Shown here: one piece after another, positions 1 through 30,309 of the stretch
Layout of the letters: the number at the start of each line of letters is the position of its first letter
How positions within the stretch are numbered: the stretch's first letter is position 1
DNA from: Octopus sinensis
Lineage: Eukaryota
NCBI RefSeq assembly: GCF_006345805.1
Contig: NW_021835307.1
Location: 1-39,111, forward strand
Reading direction: 5' to 3'
DNA: 39,111 nucleotides
Notes under the pieces: model-generated
Database searches by the model: none
Seen by the model: only the letters and a program-made list of their open reading frames with translations
Told to the model about the DNA's origin: nothing
Program-made: the position numbers and the translations under genes

Positions 1-114
1 GCAATAAGGAAATGCATGAACCTTGTTTATATTCATTTTCAGGGAAATGAAGAAGTCTTTAATGTAAACTAACTCTAATCCCGTCTTCAATAATTCATTT
101 CTGTTCTGTCACAG

Positions 115-229
115 ATTCACAACAGCACTGGCCCCTCCCCCCTATTATAAAACCATGTTTGAGAGGCATCAGCTGGTTTCCATAACTAACAAACCGTCAC
201 AGAATGGGATTCAGATTTTCAATTCTTGA
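115..229 (+). CDS. Possible terminal exon of an upstream plus-strand gene (FTTALAPPPYYKTMF...IFNS-stop)
   Basis: Strong acceptor ttcatttctgttctgtcacag| with actaac upstream. The phase-2 frame contains PPPY. AATAAA at about 485 and 511. Upstream exons would lie outside the window. Confidence 0.25.
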
Positions 230-562
230 AATTAAGTGGGTACCCTTCCAATCACACCCAGAGAATAATTACAAAGTTTCTATCAAATTAACTCCCAGGG
301 CACTGGTTGGCCCAGGGCTAAATTATGAGACATGCCAAAGGTATCATGAAGTGGGACTGAACTCAAAATATTGTGGTTGTAAAAGGTTTAGAAAAAAAAA
401 CTATGTGATAAGATATGAAGAAAAATTGTAATTACCTATTTTCAGGACGAGAATTGTTTCATTAGAATTAATTATCTATATAAAATAAAGGAAAGGTTTC
501 ATTAAAAGTCAATAAAGATCTCCTTAATACGCACGAACATAATTATTGATTTGAGTACGCTA

Positions 563-586
563 TATATACATACATACATATGTATG

Positions 587-646
<60 letters not shown>

Positions 647-680
647 TATATATATGTATGTATATATATATATATATGTG

Positions 681-756
<76 letters not shown>

Positions 757-757
757 G

Positions 758-805
<48 letters not shown>

Positions 806-842
806 ATATTATATATATATATATAATTATATATATATATAT
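563..842. repeat. Interrupted (TA)n microsatellite, representative of many
   Basis: Other (TA)n tracts at about 987-1066, 6905-6993, 9822-9914, 13086-13185, 23655-23975, 24210-24315 and 29215-29480. (TACA)n 4446-4506, (GAAA)n 7385-7452, (TATG)n 26714-26790, (TTA)n 16817-16890, 31534-31618 and 38665-38723, (CAC)n 3298-3345. Confidence 0.95.
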
Positions 843-1005
843 TAAAAATAGGAAAGAATGGAGCTGAACGACGAATTAACAAAATTCCTTTATTTTCGAC
901 ATATATTTCGAAGGCTGCATATTCCTAATTGTGAAAGAATAAGGAGTACATTATGTTGCTTTCTCATCAGGAAAAGCAAGGAACTTATGTCCTTATATAT
1001 ACATA

Positions 1006-1068
<63 letters not shown>

Positions 1069-2076
1069 AATTAAAAAAAACAGAGAAAAGGAAAAAGAAA
1101 AAACAAACAAGCGTGACAACGTTGTACAAGCAATGTATTAATAAGATGTGCAGAGAAAGAAAAGAGTAGTAGTTTTACATTTCGAGCGTAGCTCTTCTTC
1201 AGAACCAGGAAAAACAAGGAAACTTCCAGAAGAAAGAGGAAATAATGCCAACAATCACTTTCTGTTACATATCCAAATACAAGTGTGAGTGCGCGTACAT
1301 ACACACACTCACACACACGTATATACCCAGACACAGACATACGCGCACACGCACATATAGGTATATATAAAGGGAAAGTTTATGAAAATAAACAAAAGAC
1401 GAAGGCAGGTGGTTTACAAACAAACAAATGTATTAGTATAGCGCTCAGGAATAGAAAAAGTATTTTACGTTTCGAGCCTATGCTCTTCTACAAAAAGATA
1501 CACAGAAAAAAAACAAGGAGAGAAACCAGGAGAGAAAAAATGTATGTAGTATATATATATATCTTCATACACACGGCAAGCTGCTTTCAGTTTCCGTCTA
1601 CCAAATCCACTCACAAAGGTTTGGTCAGCTCGAGGTTATTATTGAACACTTGACCATTTGGTTGGGAAGTAAACTTCTTACCGCATAGCCGTGTGTGCTA
1701 AGAAGTTTAATGATGATGAGGATGATGATGAGACCCACACATGTCTATGTGTGGCCCTCATCATCATGTAGTGTCAGATTTGCAAGCTGACACGGGTTTC
1801 ATGTTTTGAGAATATATATGAACATATGTGTGTCTGTGTGTGTTAAATATTATCAACGACGTAACATTTGATTATTTTATTAAAAACTTCTCCTTGGCTT
1901 CCAACGAAATTTCCACTAAATGATAGCAACATACACACATGTCCGCGATGTGTAAAAGTGTGAGATTTTGCACAAGTATAAACAAACTGTGGTCATTTGC
2001 AAGTTTGTTGTGGCCTCTCCCCTCTCAATAATTACAATCCCATTTCCCCACTTTGAGTTTCAAATATTCTAAACCT

Positions 2077-19444
<17,368 letters not shown>

Positions 19445-19812
19445 GGTTGGAGATGGAAAGAATTGGTTAGCCTTGAGAATTGGTGATTTTTCCTTTATAA
19501 AGGTCTTTTGCAAAGAATAAGGGAATTCTATATCAAATATTCTTGAGATGAATTGTCTTTAATTTCTTTTCATTTATCTGTTCAGCTGTTTTATAAACTG
19601 CAAAACACAAACAGAATATTGTCACATGTCAGTTGATATTTTAAACCGTTGAATAATTCTTGTTTTATAATTCTTACAATGTCAAATTCTGGTTAAAAAA
19701 AGAAACGAAGAACAATCTTTTCGAGAAGCAGCTTTACATTCATTCATCTTGTGGTTTGACCAGCCGCAGCTACCACCTCTGGTGGACGGCTTTATAGCAA
19801 TTAAGTGAAATA

Positions 19813-20010
19813 AAGTAGCTTGCTTACAACCACATAGATCCGGGTTCGGTTCCACTGCGTGGCACTTTGGCCATGTATCTACTGCTACAGCCTCGGGCCG
19901 ACCAAAGACTTGTGAGTGGATTTGGTAGACGGAAACTGAAAAGAAGCCTGTTGTATACACACACACACACAAACACATATACACACACACAAACACACAC
20001 ACACACACAC
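19813..20010 (+). mobile_element. SINE family A head and body
   Basis: gtagcttgcttac...gggttcggttccactgcgtggcac...gaaactgaaaagaagcc followed by (CA)n. A detached tail lies at about 20590-20730. Confidence 0.8.
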
Positions 20011-20474
20011 ACTTTCAGCTTCTGACCAGCGTCGTGTTACATCGTTGTTTTTCGTCCGCCGCTATAGCATCGCCGATAGGCTCCTTTCCTTGCGCCAGAG
20101 AAATAATTTGTTTGCTTGTTATCAGTCGTAAGACCTTGTTGTTGTTTTCACCGATAATGCTTCTGTATTTCATGTTTCTGTATTCCATTATTTTTTTGTT
20201 TTTTTATATTCGTCCCTTTGCTGTCCTGGTGTCCGTATGCATTCGATCCTTCTTCCAGGAAATCTACGCTCCAGCTTAGTTTTTTCTAATGCTCGTTGCT
20301 TAGTTTTTCTTGGAGGGCTGGCCGTGATCTAGTAATCTCAAGATTAATCAGCCGAAATTACTACGATGATCCGGTTCCTGACTGAAGACTGAGGGTTTCG
20401 AATGTCCTCCATGTTTATTGTATCGTCTTCTAAGAGTTATACGTTCTTGTCCATGTTGTATTTTTCTACATACC

Positions 20475-20519
<45 letters not shown>

Positions 20520-20596
20520 CGTTAAGTCTCGAGCGGAGCTCTTCGTCGGAAATATAGAAGGAAAGATCCAGAGAAGGGAAGACAGAGGATATGTGT

Positions 20597-20642
<46 letters not shown>

Positions 20643-22123
20643 TGTGTGTGTGTTTGTCCCCCACAATATCGCTTGACAACCAATGCTGGTGTGTTTACGT
20701 CCCCGAAACTAGTGGTTCGGCAAAAGAGACCCGTAAAATAATGATAATGAAAATTACTGTATACAGTGCTCAGGTGCACCACAACTTGTCAAAAGTGCAT
20801 ATAAAGTATATGCAGAAATGTACAATAAGGATAATATTAATGATAAGATAATGAATCAGAATATAAATGACGGTATTGGATTATTCTCCTTTTGCTGATG
20901 TCTCACATTTTCTCTTTAGGTTTCCTAAATATATGGATTCTCGAGTGTGAGACACAAATTCATAAAAGATTTCTGAAAATCCCGAAAACTAAAAACGTTA
21001 CGGGGGGTTATACAGAATTTTTGCTATCGTTTAGCCATGCGGATCTCTAGGTCACTCGATGCATGACCCTAAAACTTGCATATTATATTTTTATCTGAAA
21101 GTAGGAAAATGAATAGTGTGTTTATGAGGGAATGTGAATGAAGTGTTGAAAGGAATATTGCGGGTGCGAGTGCAAGCATTTAAAGTGTCATCAGAGAACA
21201 GTGGGAATGTTAAAACAACAGAGAGGAAAAAACTGAAAGCGTTCAAACAAAAAAAATGCAAATACAATGCAGTAAAGTAAAAAACAGGATAATCAAATAG
21301 GCATTCGAATGAGAACTGGTGACCGGTCAACGTTGGTAAGCATCTCCATAGCATCACTTTTGCGAAGTTAATTGAACTGAATTTTATATGGTTTATTTCC
21401 CAGTATGTTAATATCACCGTGTTTGTATCTCTCAAAAGAAAAGAAAAATTATCCAAAAATTCGATCCCAACAAATGCCATTTTCTTCATGGGTGGTTCTA
21501 CCAGGTTTAGCTGATTTCTTTCCTTTCTACTGATTCCATTGAAGAACACAAGAGACAAAGCTTGCAATTCACAGAGGAATGGTAAGTTATGACAATTTTA
21601 TCAGTTGTATATGCACAGCAAACTTGCCTAACCCCTTCGTAGTAGCATAACCTTATTAACATTATATAACCCCCTGAACATTAGCTTACTCTTAGCATAG
21701 CTTAACCACTTGGCTAATTAAATGCATATTCATCTACCTCGTTTTGAATTGATCATGCATTATCTCATACTCTTGAGATTTTGTCGCTGGGATTGTTAAT
21801 TTTTAGAATGACAGTGTAGGGTCAGTATGAAAGGCCGAATTTGTCTGGGCTAAATGCTAACGAATGAAAGTGAATACAAAATAACAATCTGTTCTACTAT
21901 GGGCAGAAGGTCTGATATTTTGGAGTGGAAGCTAGTTAATTACATCGACCCCAGTACGCAGCTGAATAATGTGTTTGTGGGGGCATGTGAGTGAAATGCT
22001 CAAACGAATATTGTGGGTGTGTGTGCAAGCATTTAAAACAGCGAAAGTGTAATAAGAGAACAGTGGGAATAATAGGGAGAAAGAGAGAGAGAGAGAGAGA
22101 GGCAGAGAGAGAGGGAGGGAGGG

Positions 22124-22339
22124 AGGCAGAGACGTGGCTAGGTGGTACGTAACTTGCTTACCAACCACGTGGTTCTGGGTTCAGTCCCACAGCATGGCAC
22201 CTTAGGCAAGTCTCTTCCACTATAGCCTCAGGCCGACCAAAGCCTTGTGAGTGGATTTGGCAGACAGAAACTGAAAGAAGCCCGTCGTATATGTACATAT
22301 GTGTGTGTGTGTGTGCGTGTGTGTGTGTGTGTTTGTGTC

Positions 22340-22373
<34 letters not shown>

Positions 22374-22578
22374 TGTCTTTGTGTGTGTGTGTGTGTGTGT
22401 ATGTTTGTGTGTTTGTGCGTCTGTGCTTGATCCCCACTATCGCTTGACAACCGATGCTAGTGAGATTACATCCACGTAAATTAGTAGTTCGGCAAAAGGG
22501 GGGATAGAATTAATACTAGGCTTACAAAAATAAGTCCTGGGATCGATTTGCAAATGAGTGAAACAATAAAAGGATAAA
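22124..22578 (+). mobile_element. SINE family A
   Basis: Head, body, (TG)n spacer and partly deleted tail. Confidence 0.85.
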
Positions 22579-22599
22579 ACATAATGCATATATATTATA

Positions 22600-23640
22600 T
22601 ATTATATATATAATAATATTAGGGAATAAATCCAAACTTACAGGGAAAATTAGATTTAGGATTAAATCCAACTTATAGTATAAATATATCATATTATATT
22701 AAATTAGAGATAAACCACTATTAGGCAAATCAACAGTGAAAAACATAAGCCAATACATAAAATTAATTTAAAAAGTATAAAAGATAAAAATAAAAAATTA
22801 TTTAAATAATTTAAACTTATAAATTTTATATATACATACAAATATATATATATATGTATGTATATTTTTATATTTATATATTATTTTATTAATTAATTAA
22901 TTAATTAATTAATTTTTTTTTTATATATCAAAAGTATTAAAAGTTTAATAAAAGATAAAGTGTAAAACACTACGATCGTTTCATGGCAGTACCAATTCGA
23001 ATAACAATAATTTAAATTCAATCAATAATTCGAGTTATGGTTACAGCCAATCTTCAGGTTAATTGAAATATTTTTAAAATAATCAGAAATATTTAAACAA
23101 TATTTTAAGATATAAATAATATAATATAATATAATAAATAATATAATAATATAATAATTTTACTTATAATAAACTCTATCATCAAACTAGAAACTTAAAA
23201 CTTAACAATTATGATTATATCAAAATCGATTATAATGTTAAATATTAATTTTAATCTATAAGGTAGGAAACCCACCAATAATCTAATATCGGTAATAGTC
23301 TTTATCTAATTACATAAATAGTTTTTAAAAAATGACTATTATATATAAATTATCAGTGAAAATATATAAATGTATATAAATATTATAATTAAGATCTAAA
23401 ATAATCTCTATAAATAAATATATATGCATAATAAAAATTTAATAAATAATTTTTCATATTTAAGATGAAATAGCTAATTTCCAAAATACACAACACAAAC
23501 TTAACGAACTTTCGGAAATCTTATGTAAAATACTTATAGAAATAATCAATTCGTAGTTATATAGTATCGAATAAAATACTATAAATGCTATAAATATAAT
23601 TATCAATGGGAATAACTAGCGAATATCAATTTAAAAAGAC
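22600..23640. mobile_element. Extremely AT-rich Penelope-like terminal or decayed segment
   Basis: Contains cgatcgtttcatggcagtaccaattc and ccaatcttcagg motifs I associate with octopus Penelope-type terminal repeats. Recalled only; no ORF. Confidence 0.35.
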
Positions 23641-23735
23641 AATAACTAAGTTATGCTATATATATATATACATATAAATATATAAATATATATATATACA
23701 TATATATATATATGTATAAATATATATATATATAC

Positions 23736-23819
<84 letters not shown>

Positions 23820-23836
23820 ATATATATATAACACAC

Positions 23837-23940
<104 letters not shown>

Positions 23941-23974
23941 ATATATATGCACGCATTATATATTATATATATAA

Positions 23975-24205
23975 CGGGAAGGTTTATGAAAATAAACCAA
24001 AGACGAAGGCAGGATTACGAAAATAAAGAAAAGATGAAGACAGGTGGAGTACAAACAAACAATTGTATTGGTATGGCGCTCAGGAATAGAAATAAAACAA
24101 GTCTTTTACGTTTCGAGCCTACGCTCTTCAACAGAAAGATACACAGAAAAGAAACTAGGAGAGAAAAAAATGCGTGGCAGGAGCTAACGATTCAACATGG
24201 CGTTC
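23975..24205. mobile_element. Interspersed repeat (Penelope-type terminal repeat), second copy at 1372-1540
   Basis: Shares ggaaggtttatgaaaataa...gcgctcaggaataga...ttttacgtttcgagccta(t/c)gctcttc...ggagagaaaaaa with 1372-1540. A related motif lies at about 1165-1240. Confidence 0.6.
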
Positions 24206-24532
24206 TGAATATAATATATATATTCTATATATATATATATATAATATATATATATATATATTATATATATATATATATATTATATATGTTATATACATAT
24301 ATATATATATACATATACATATTGTGTAAACAAGATATTAATTGAGCATGTACTTGATATATCATTGTTAAAAATTATGGCTGGAATTCTGCTTACGTGT
24401 GCATTTTCTATGCTGTTGAATACGTGGTTGAGAATTTGGTGCTGTTCGTTTGGATGCTGTTATATATTTACTGTGTCGTCAGATCATCAAGAAAAATGAA
24501 ATGGAAATAAATTCGACCGTATACAGATTTAC

Positions 24533-24626
24533 TTTCAAAGCAACGTTCTAGTAAATCACAAAATGATTCCCATTATTCTGCATCTGCCCGACCTTATATA
24601 AGGCTGCATGCTATGGTTCTGATTGG
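24533..24626 (-). promoter_or_regulatory. Candidate core promoter and short non-coding first exon of the minus-strand gene
   Basis: In order on the minus strand: CCAAT (24626-24622), TATATAA within palindrome CCTTATATAAGG (24592-24603), Inr-like TCATTT (A at 24564), then donor aaa|gtaaat at 24532. Motif order only; no transcript evidence. Confidence 0.35.
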
Positions 24627-25123
24627 TCTTTAGCTGCGATATCAGTAGATCGTTCTACCAGAGTGGGACAGACGATACTTAGATGAAGTGGGTAGGTGTG
24701 TGTTAAGTGGTTGAATTGATATGCAGCGGTCTTATGTTTACTGAAGAAGTTCTCATAGAATTCCTTCGTTTGTGCTATTTTATATCGTCAGCAAGAACTA
24801 TGGTAAATGTATGAAGGGGAGTTGGCATTATTAATCAAAGTTTGTCATCAAACTATGCCAGAAGAGAAAGAGTAATATCTTGACCCCAAAACCATTCTAC
24901 GTCTTTAGAAATGTTCTTCTGATTTAGCTGAGTCTCTCAGATTATTTCTTGCTGACATAATAAATTGCAGCTATGAATGCAAGTATAAAGTTACAAAACA
25001 ACACTTTTAAAATATCAAGGAATAACTCGTGATAAAAGAACAATTGAAATGGGTATTGCTGAAAATGTTTGCACCTTCACATTGTGGAGAGTGAACACTG
25101 GGCCGAAATGCTAACCCGTTGAC

Positions 25124-25280
25124 AGTAGCTTAACCAGCTAACATTAATCTAATCGTTGAAAATTAGATTTACCGCTTAGCATTAGCTTAACCCCTGAACA
25201 TTAATTTAAACCCTTTAGCATTAGCTTAACTCCTTAGCATTAGCTTAACTCATTCGCAATAGCTTAACCCCTTAGCAAAT
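25124..25280 (+). repeat. ~19-20 bp minisatellite (ttagcttaaccccttagca-like)
   Basis: About 7 degenerate tandem units. A shorter related array lies at 21625-21715. Confidence 0.75.
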
Positions 25281-26794
25281 TAAATACATATTCTTTTACC
25301 TTGTTTTGAATTAATCCTTCATTATCTCATACTTTTGAGGTTTTGTTGCTGTGATTTTAAAAATATCAAGGAATAACTTGAGATAAAAGAACAGTTGAAA
25401 TGGGTATTGCTGAAAATGTTTGCACCTTCACATTGTGGAGGGTGAACATTGGACCGAAATTCTAATGTATATGTGGATGATATCTCCATTTCTATAAAAC
25501 TGCCATTTTACAAAAATGATTGGCATCGTATCATAAATTGATCCCCATAATTGAAACAGAAATCTACATCGAATCTCTGATTCCACATGAATTCAAATGG
25601 GATGATCATGGGCCGCGAGTTTTTATAGAGAAAACTGAAGATATTCAAGTTTTAAAGTTATTTCAGAAAAGGATTTCAGTTGGACAAGCGGGGCTGAAGT
25701 TGTATTTCTGTCTTGGGAACTGGTGACCGGTCAGCGTTGGTAAGCATCTCCATAGCATCACTTGCTCTTCCACATTCTGTGGAAGGGACGATTACGTTAG
25801 ATAGACGGGCCATCATCTGTTAACAGCCGCTGAGTGGCGGACTGTGTATGAAGTGGCTAACGATGCGCGGACGTGAGTTGACCATGCGATATATCCAGCG
25901 TTTCGTCTTCGTTGAGTTGATGTGGTCACCGTTTGTCAGATAAGATTTTCCGTATCACAGACCCACAGTCTTGGATCAATCGTAGACCAAGAAAGGATGC
26001 TTGGAAGCTGGAGTGTCAGCTAGCGCTCACACATTCTGCCACCCGAGTAACACGGTCGTTGAAAGTTCCACGATGAAGTTCTATTCGTTAATAGTGATGG
26101 GCAAGATCTACAACATCTTAGAGAAACCACTGGGAATCGGAATGGATGAATTAATTTGTTTCCTGAAGTATTTTTGGACCGACACCTATGGTTATCTTGC
26201 TGTAATTCCTGGCCCAGCAGTACCAAGACAAAATAATTTAGATGATAACACTTCGAATAAGTTAAGATCGGAAGGCATGAGAGCCATTGCGAACCTTGAT
26301 ATTTTTCCCCAAGACAAAAATGTAACTCAATGGTTGCGAATCGCTGAAGGACCTTGGCTTCCAGGACAGATTCAAAAAGTGGCAAGAACGTAGGAACCGA
26401 GGGGATGATGTTAAAACTTAGGTAAAAAAATGTGTTTTATGATATAGCTAATCTGGGAACCATTGATACTACCTTGTATAAAAGAACCACGTAAATACTT
26501 CCTTGTTAACTAACATAGATACACACGCTCGCGTACTCACTCACTAACACACATACACGCCCATGCACAGGTAAATATACTCTGCTGTGGTTTTGCAGTT
26601 TCGTGGCTTAAAAATCTGTAGCCATTGTTTGAATTCTGGAGGTTTTGATTGAACGACACTTTGTATTTTTAATTTACATCCTGTTTTAATTCGCAAATTA
26701 CTACGCATCGTTTATGTATGTATGTATGTATGTATGTATGTATGTATGTATGTATGTATGTATGTATGTATGTATGTATGTATGTATGTATCTT

Positions 26795-26831
<37 letters not shown>

Positions 26832-26857
26832 CTACCTATCTAGCTAGCTAGCTGTGT

Positions 26858-27010
26858 AGGTGTAGCAATATGGAAAGAATTTAGCTTCTCAAAAACATGG
26901 TCTCGAGTTCAGTCCCACAGCCTGGCAGCTTGAGTGTCTTCTACAATTCCTTCGGGTCGACGAGAGCCTTTTATGCGGATGGAAACTGAAAAGGTCCTGT
27001 CGTATAAACA
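26858..27010 (+). mobile_element. SINE family A, diverged head and body
   Basis: gagttcagtcccacag...ggaaactgaaaagg similarity. Confidence 0.65.
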
Positions 27011-27199
27011 CATACATACACACACAATCTTACACACAGACAATCACATACACACACACGTCTGTGTGTGTTGTTATGTGTGTACATGTGTGTGTACACA
27101 CATAACAAGTTGCAAGCTCTTAAAGAAGAGGGGATGAAAACTGGCAGAGGTGCAATATATCATCAAAGCCACCTTTCGGCCTTTAGTTGATCAAAATGT

Positions 27200-27510
27200 G
27201 CGCATAGTACACGAGCCCAAGTAGATGTGTGGGGGCACTTCGCCCAACTGTTTGGGATGGATGGCAGTCCGAAACACAGAGTGGACTGCAGTGCCTACTT
27301 CGACGGTATGCCACAACTCTCAGAAAGTGGGGCACTATGTTACTAAATGCCAATAACAACTGCAGAAACACGGGAAACTCAGCGGCATTTGGCCGAAATG
27401 TGCACGACGCTAATTTAAACTTCTTAGAAGGGCTTGAATCAGAGTATGGTCAACTTGTTTTCTTCTGTGCAGTTTCATTGCTAAGTAAAGGGAAGATGCT
27501 TCAACGATAT
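27200..27510 (+). mobile_element. hAT (Charlie/SPIN-like) transposase remnant
   Basis: NFLEGLESEYGQLVFFCAVSLLSKGKMLQR resembles the hAT motif FL..LESEYGDL.Y...VRWLSRGK.L.R. Confidence 0.7.
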
Positions 27511-27529
27511 ATATATATATATACCTATA

Positions 27530-28255
27530 TATAAATCACGACCTGCAGATGACTTTGGATTCTACAACAACTCTTCTGGATGATCCTCTTGGTTAAGTTC
27601 CAGAATGCTGCCATAACCCTTGCCTTCAGTTCATTTCTAGTGTCTCAAGGAATTTTGTTGGTCTGTCGCTCAACTGCGCTTCACACATAGCAATCAAGAG
27701 GGTTGCAGTGTGTGGAGTTAGGTGGCCAGATTCTAGGAGTAATGTGGTCGCAGAAATTGTCTGACAGATGAGGACTAGGTTCTCCTACTTGTGTGCCATG
27801 GGCCAGAGTCCTGTTGCCAGACATAGGATCTTCCAGCAGCCACCCTCATGATTCAGGACACTATTACCTCCTCCAGGCACTTCATGCATCTCCATTTTGA
27901 GCCTGGGGCCGTGTAGAATGCTGAATGGAGGTATAACATCACCATCACTATTGATCACTCCAAAAAACTTCGTAATCACCATTAGACTCATCCAATTCTT
28001 TCCAAATCGTCTGCATTGTCCTCGGATTGACAGCCATATACTACGAAATGTTCGTATTGGATCTTCTGGCGTGAATGCCAAGCAGTACAGCATGTCGTTT
28101 CTTAATTGCTGAGTGAATGAATTATGTCATGGTGCTGTGTTTCTCACAACAGAACCTGCTATACTGTGTAGTCAACAAAAAAAAACAAAAGCAATCAATA
28201 CGCATGCGCCGAACAAAAAATATAAATGGCGACAATTTACCCATCGCAGACAGTA
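27530..28255 (-). mobile_element. Tc1/mariner (maT-like) transposon, internally deleted
   Basis: FFGVINSDGDVIPPF, WQQDSGP, IWPPNS..CNPLD.YV and ELKARVMAAF motifs, with frameshifts. Confidence 0.85.
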
Positions 28256-28259
28256 TGTA

Positions 28260-28800
28260 TTTGTGTGTTGATAAATTAATTCCTCTAATGAATTTATCAA
28301 CACATAATTGTTATTAAATAATATTTCTTTGAATTCATTATTACACAATGAAAAATAATTACTCCCTATACCAGTGGTTTTCAACCAGGGTTCCGCCAGT
28401 ACAGTGCAGGGGTTCCGCAAGAAGTTACAAAACTGCTAAATTCGGGAGTAATTTTTAATTCTCTTGTGCAGATATGTGTGCATAAGACTATTAAATTATT
28501 GCACAGGGGTTCCTCGAGCCAGTTGAATGTTTCCTTGGGGTTCCGCTCCAGCAAAAAGTTTGAAAAGCAATGCCCTATACAATATGATTTAGCCCTACAA
28601 ATAATCTCTCGAGTTAATTTATATTTAATGGATCTAGATTTAAGGTCCCAAATATATTTACTGAGACCTGTTGAATTTATTAGATTTTTATTCCCAAAAG
28701 AATACATATTTTGAGCTACTCTTGATTTAATTTTATTCGAAGAGGACCCTATATAAATAGTGTTCAAATTATGATAATTCAAATTCTTATCATATATTAA
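28260..28800 (-). mobile_element. Penelope-like GIY-YIG fragment interrupted by a hAT MITE
   Basis: YIGSSSNKIKSR...STGLSKYIWDLK...EIICRAKSYCIG, resuming after the insert as SNYFSLCNNEFKEIL. Confidence 0.8.
28372..28572. mobile_element. hAT-type MITE with 8-bp target site duplication
   Basis: Imperfect TIRs cagtggttttcaa / ttgaaaagcaatg. TSD ccctatac at 28364-28371 and 28573-28580. Confidence 0.85.
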
Positions 28801-29290
28801 AGACTACATTATAGACTACATTATCTAAATTACAATTATTATTATATTTACATATATATATGGGAGTGTGTATATGTATATTTATATATACATAAATTCG
28901 CCCTCTGAACTTTTTAAATCCTCTCCTAAACTCTCTGACGAAGCCTAGAGACACACCCAAGTACCCTAATTTTATCCACCGATCACTACATTACATTGAG
29001 AAGATAGAAATAACACGTGGAGTACTGTAACATCTTGGCAGAAGCAGCTGTTCTTATTCCTCTATTGAAGAAATTACTAGTACTTTATATATGTAAAACA
29101 CACATGTATATATATTCTCATAATTGTTTAAAATAAATAAATAAATAGACATAATATAATGGCTAACAGTTGATACATACTACATCAGTATCTCCTCCAT
29201 TTTTTCTTACTGTGTATATATATGTAAATATATATATATATACATACGTACATATGTATATGTATGTACATATACATACGTACAATATAT

Positions 29291-29322
<32 letters not shown>

Positions 29323-29437
29323 GTGTGTGTGTGTGTGTGTGTGTAAATATATATATATACATATATATTTTATATATACATATATATAGTTCGTTTAAAT
29401 ATTTGTTGTGCAAAATGACCATTCCGAAAATATAACA

Positions 29438-29483
<46 letters not shown>

Positions 29484-30246
29484 AGCAATCTCTCCTGTAC
29501 CTCCACCACCATTCCCATAACTTCCTGGTGACTACAATGGGTATTTGTCGTATCTAAGCGTGATCGACACAAAAAACTCCAGTAAAACAATACCCATGAG
29601 AACAATACCCAATAAAATGCAATTCGATCTTTTCTCAACAACTCCTTCTCTGTTCGATCTTCTCTTACTACCACTCTTCCTCGTTCCTAAGGAACACATA
29701 TATGTCGATATGCGAAGAGAGGTAAACACATTCTGACACAACGTTTAGAGACAGTCATTGCTGTATCTGAGCCAAAGTTCTGAGCCAAAGTTCCGTCCTG
29801 AAGAGAACCAACGTTTCCACGCAACAAATCACTTGTCTCGCATTAAGGTAACTTATTTATTCCTTTATTTCTCCTCATATCTCTTTTGCTTTTAGATCAC
29901 GTTTGATATGTTTTAATTTCTGAAAGAAAGAAAAGAAGCATCAGGACCCGAAAGATGCTGATAGGCTCAGCACAAAGGAAGTAAATGTTAGGCAGGCCCG
30001 TTTTCTTTAAGGGTCAGACTCGACAGAGAAAAGGTGATTGAAAAGTAACTTTATCTCCGGGTGTGTATGCAAATTATTGATGGTGAGGTAATTCCAATTT
30101 AAGAAGTCATTCATTGCATGGTATTTCGAAAGAAATTACCTGATTTTACAGCGTATAGCTTTACAAGTCACAGAAATTGCAAGAATGGTATGGCAGCTGT
30201 AATATGGGTAAGATGAGCAAATTGGTTCAATTCTCTCCCTCCCCTC

Positions 30247-30286
<40 letters not shown>

Positions 30287-30309
30287 CTCTCTATCTACCT
30301 ATCTAACAT

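Noticed and set aside
580-867. YIYIYI/VCVCVC/THTHTH/LLLL-rich ORFs here and throughout the track
   Set aside because: They are translations of (TA)n, (TG)n and (TTA)n microsatellites, not genes.
21091-21567. 158-aa minus-strand ORF
   Set aside because: No credible start or splice context, low-complexity T-rich C-terminal half, and no recognisable motif.
20919-21582. Plus-strand acceptor (20918) and donors (21336, 21582) suggesting an extra gene
   Set aside because: No open frame links them and no protein similarity is evident; at most a non-coding transcript.
25124-25280. CRISPR-like or telomeric array
   Set aside because: Eukaryotic context, no unique spacers, and units are degenerate and not tandem TTAGGG.
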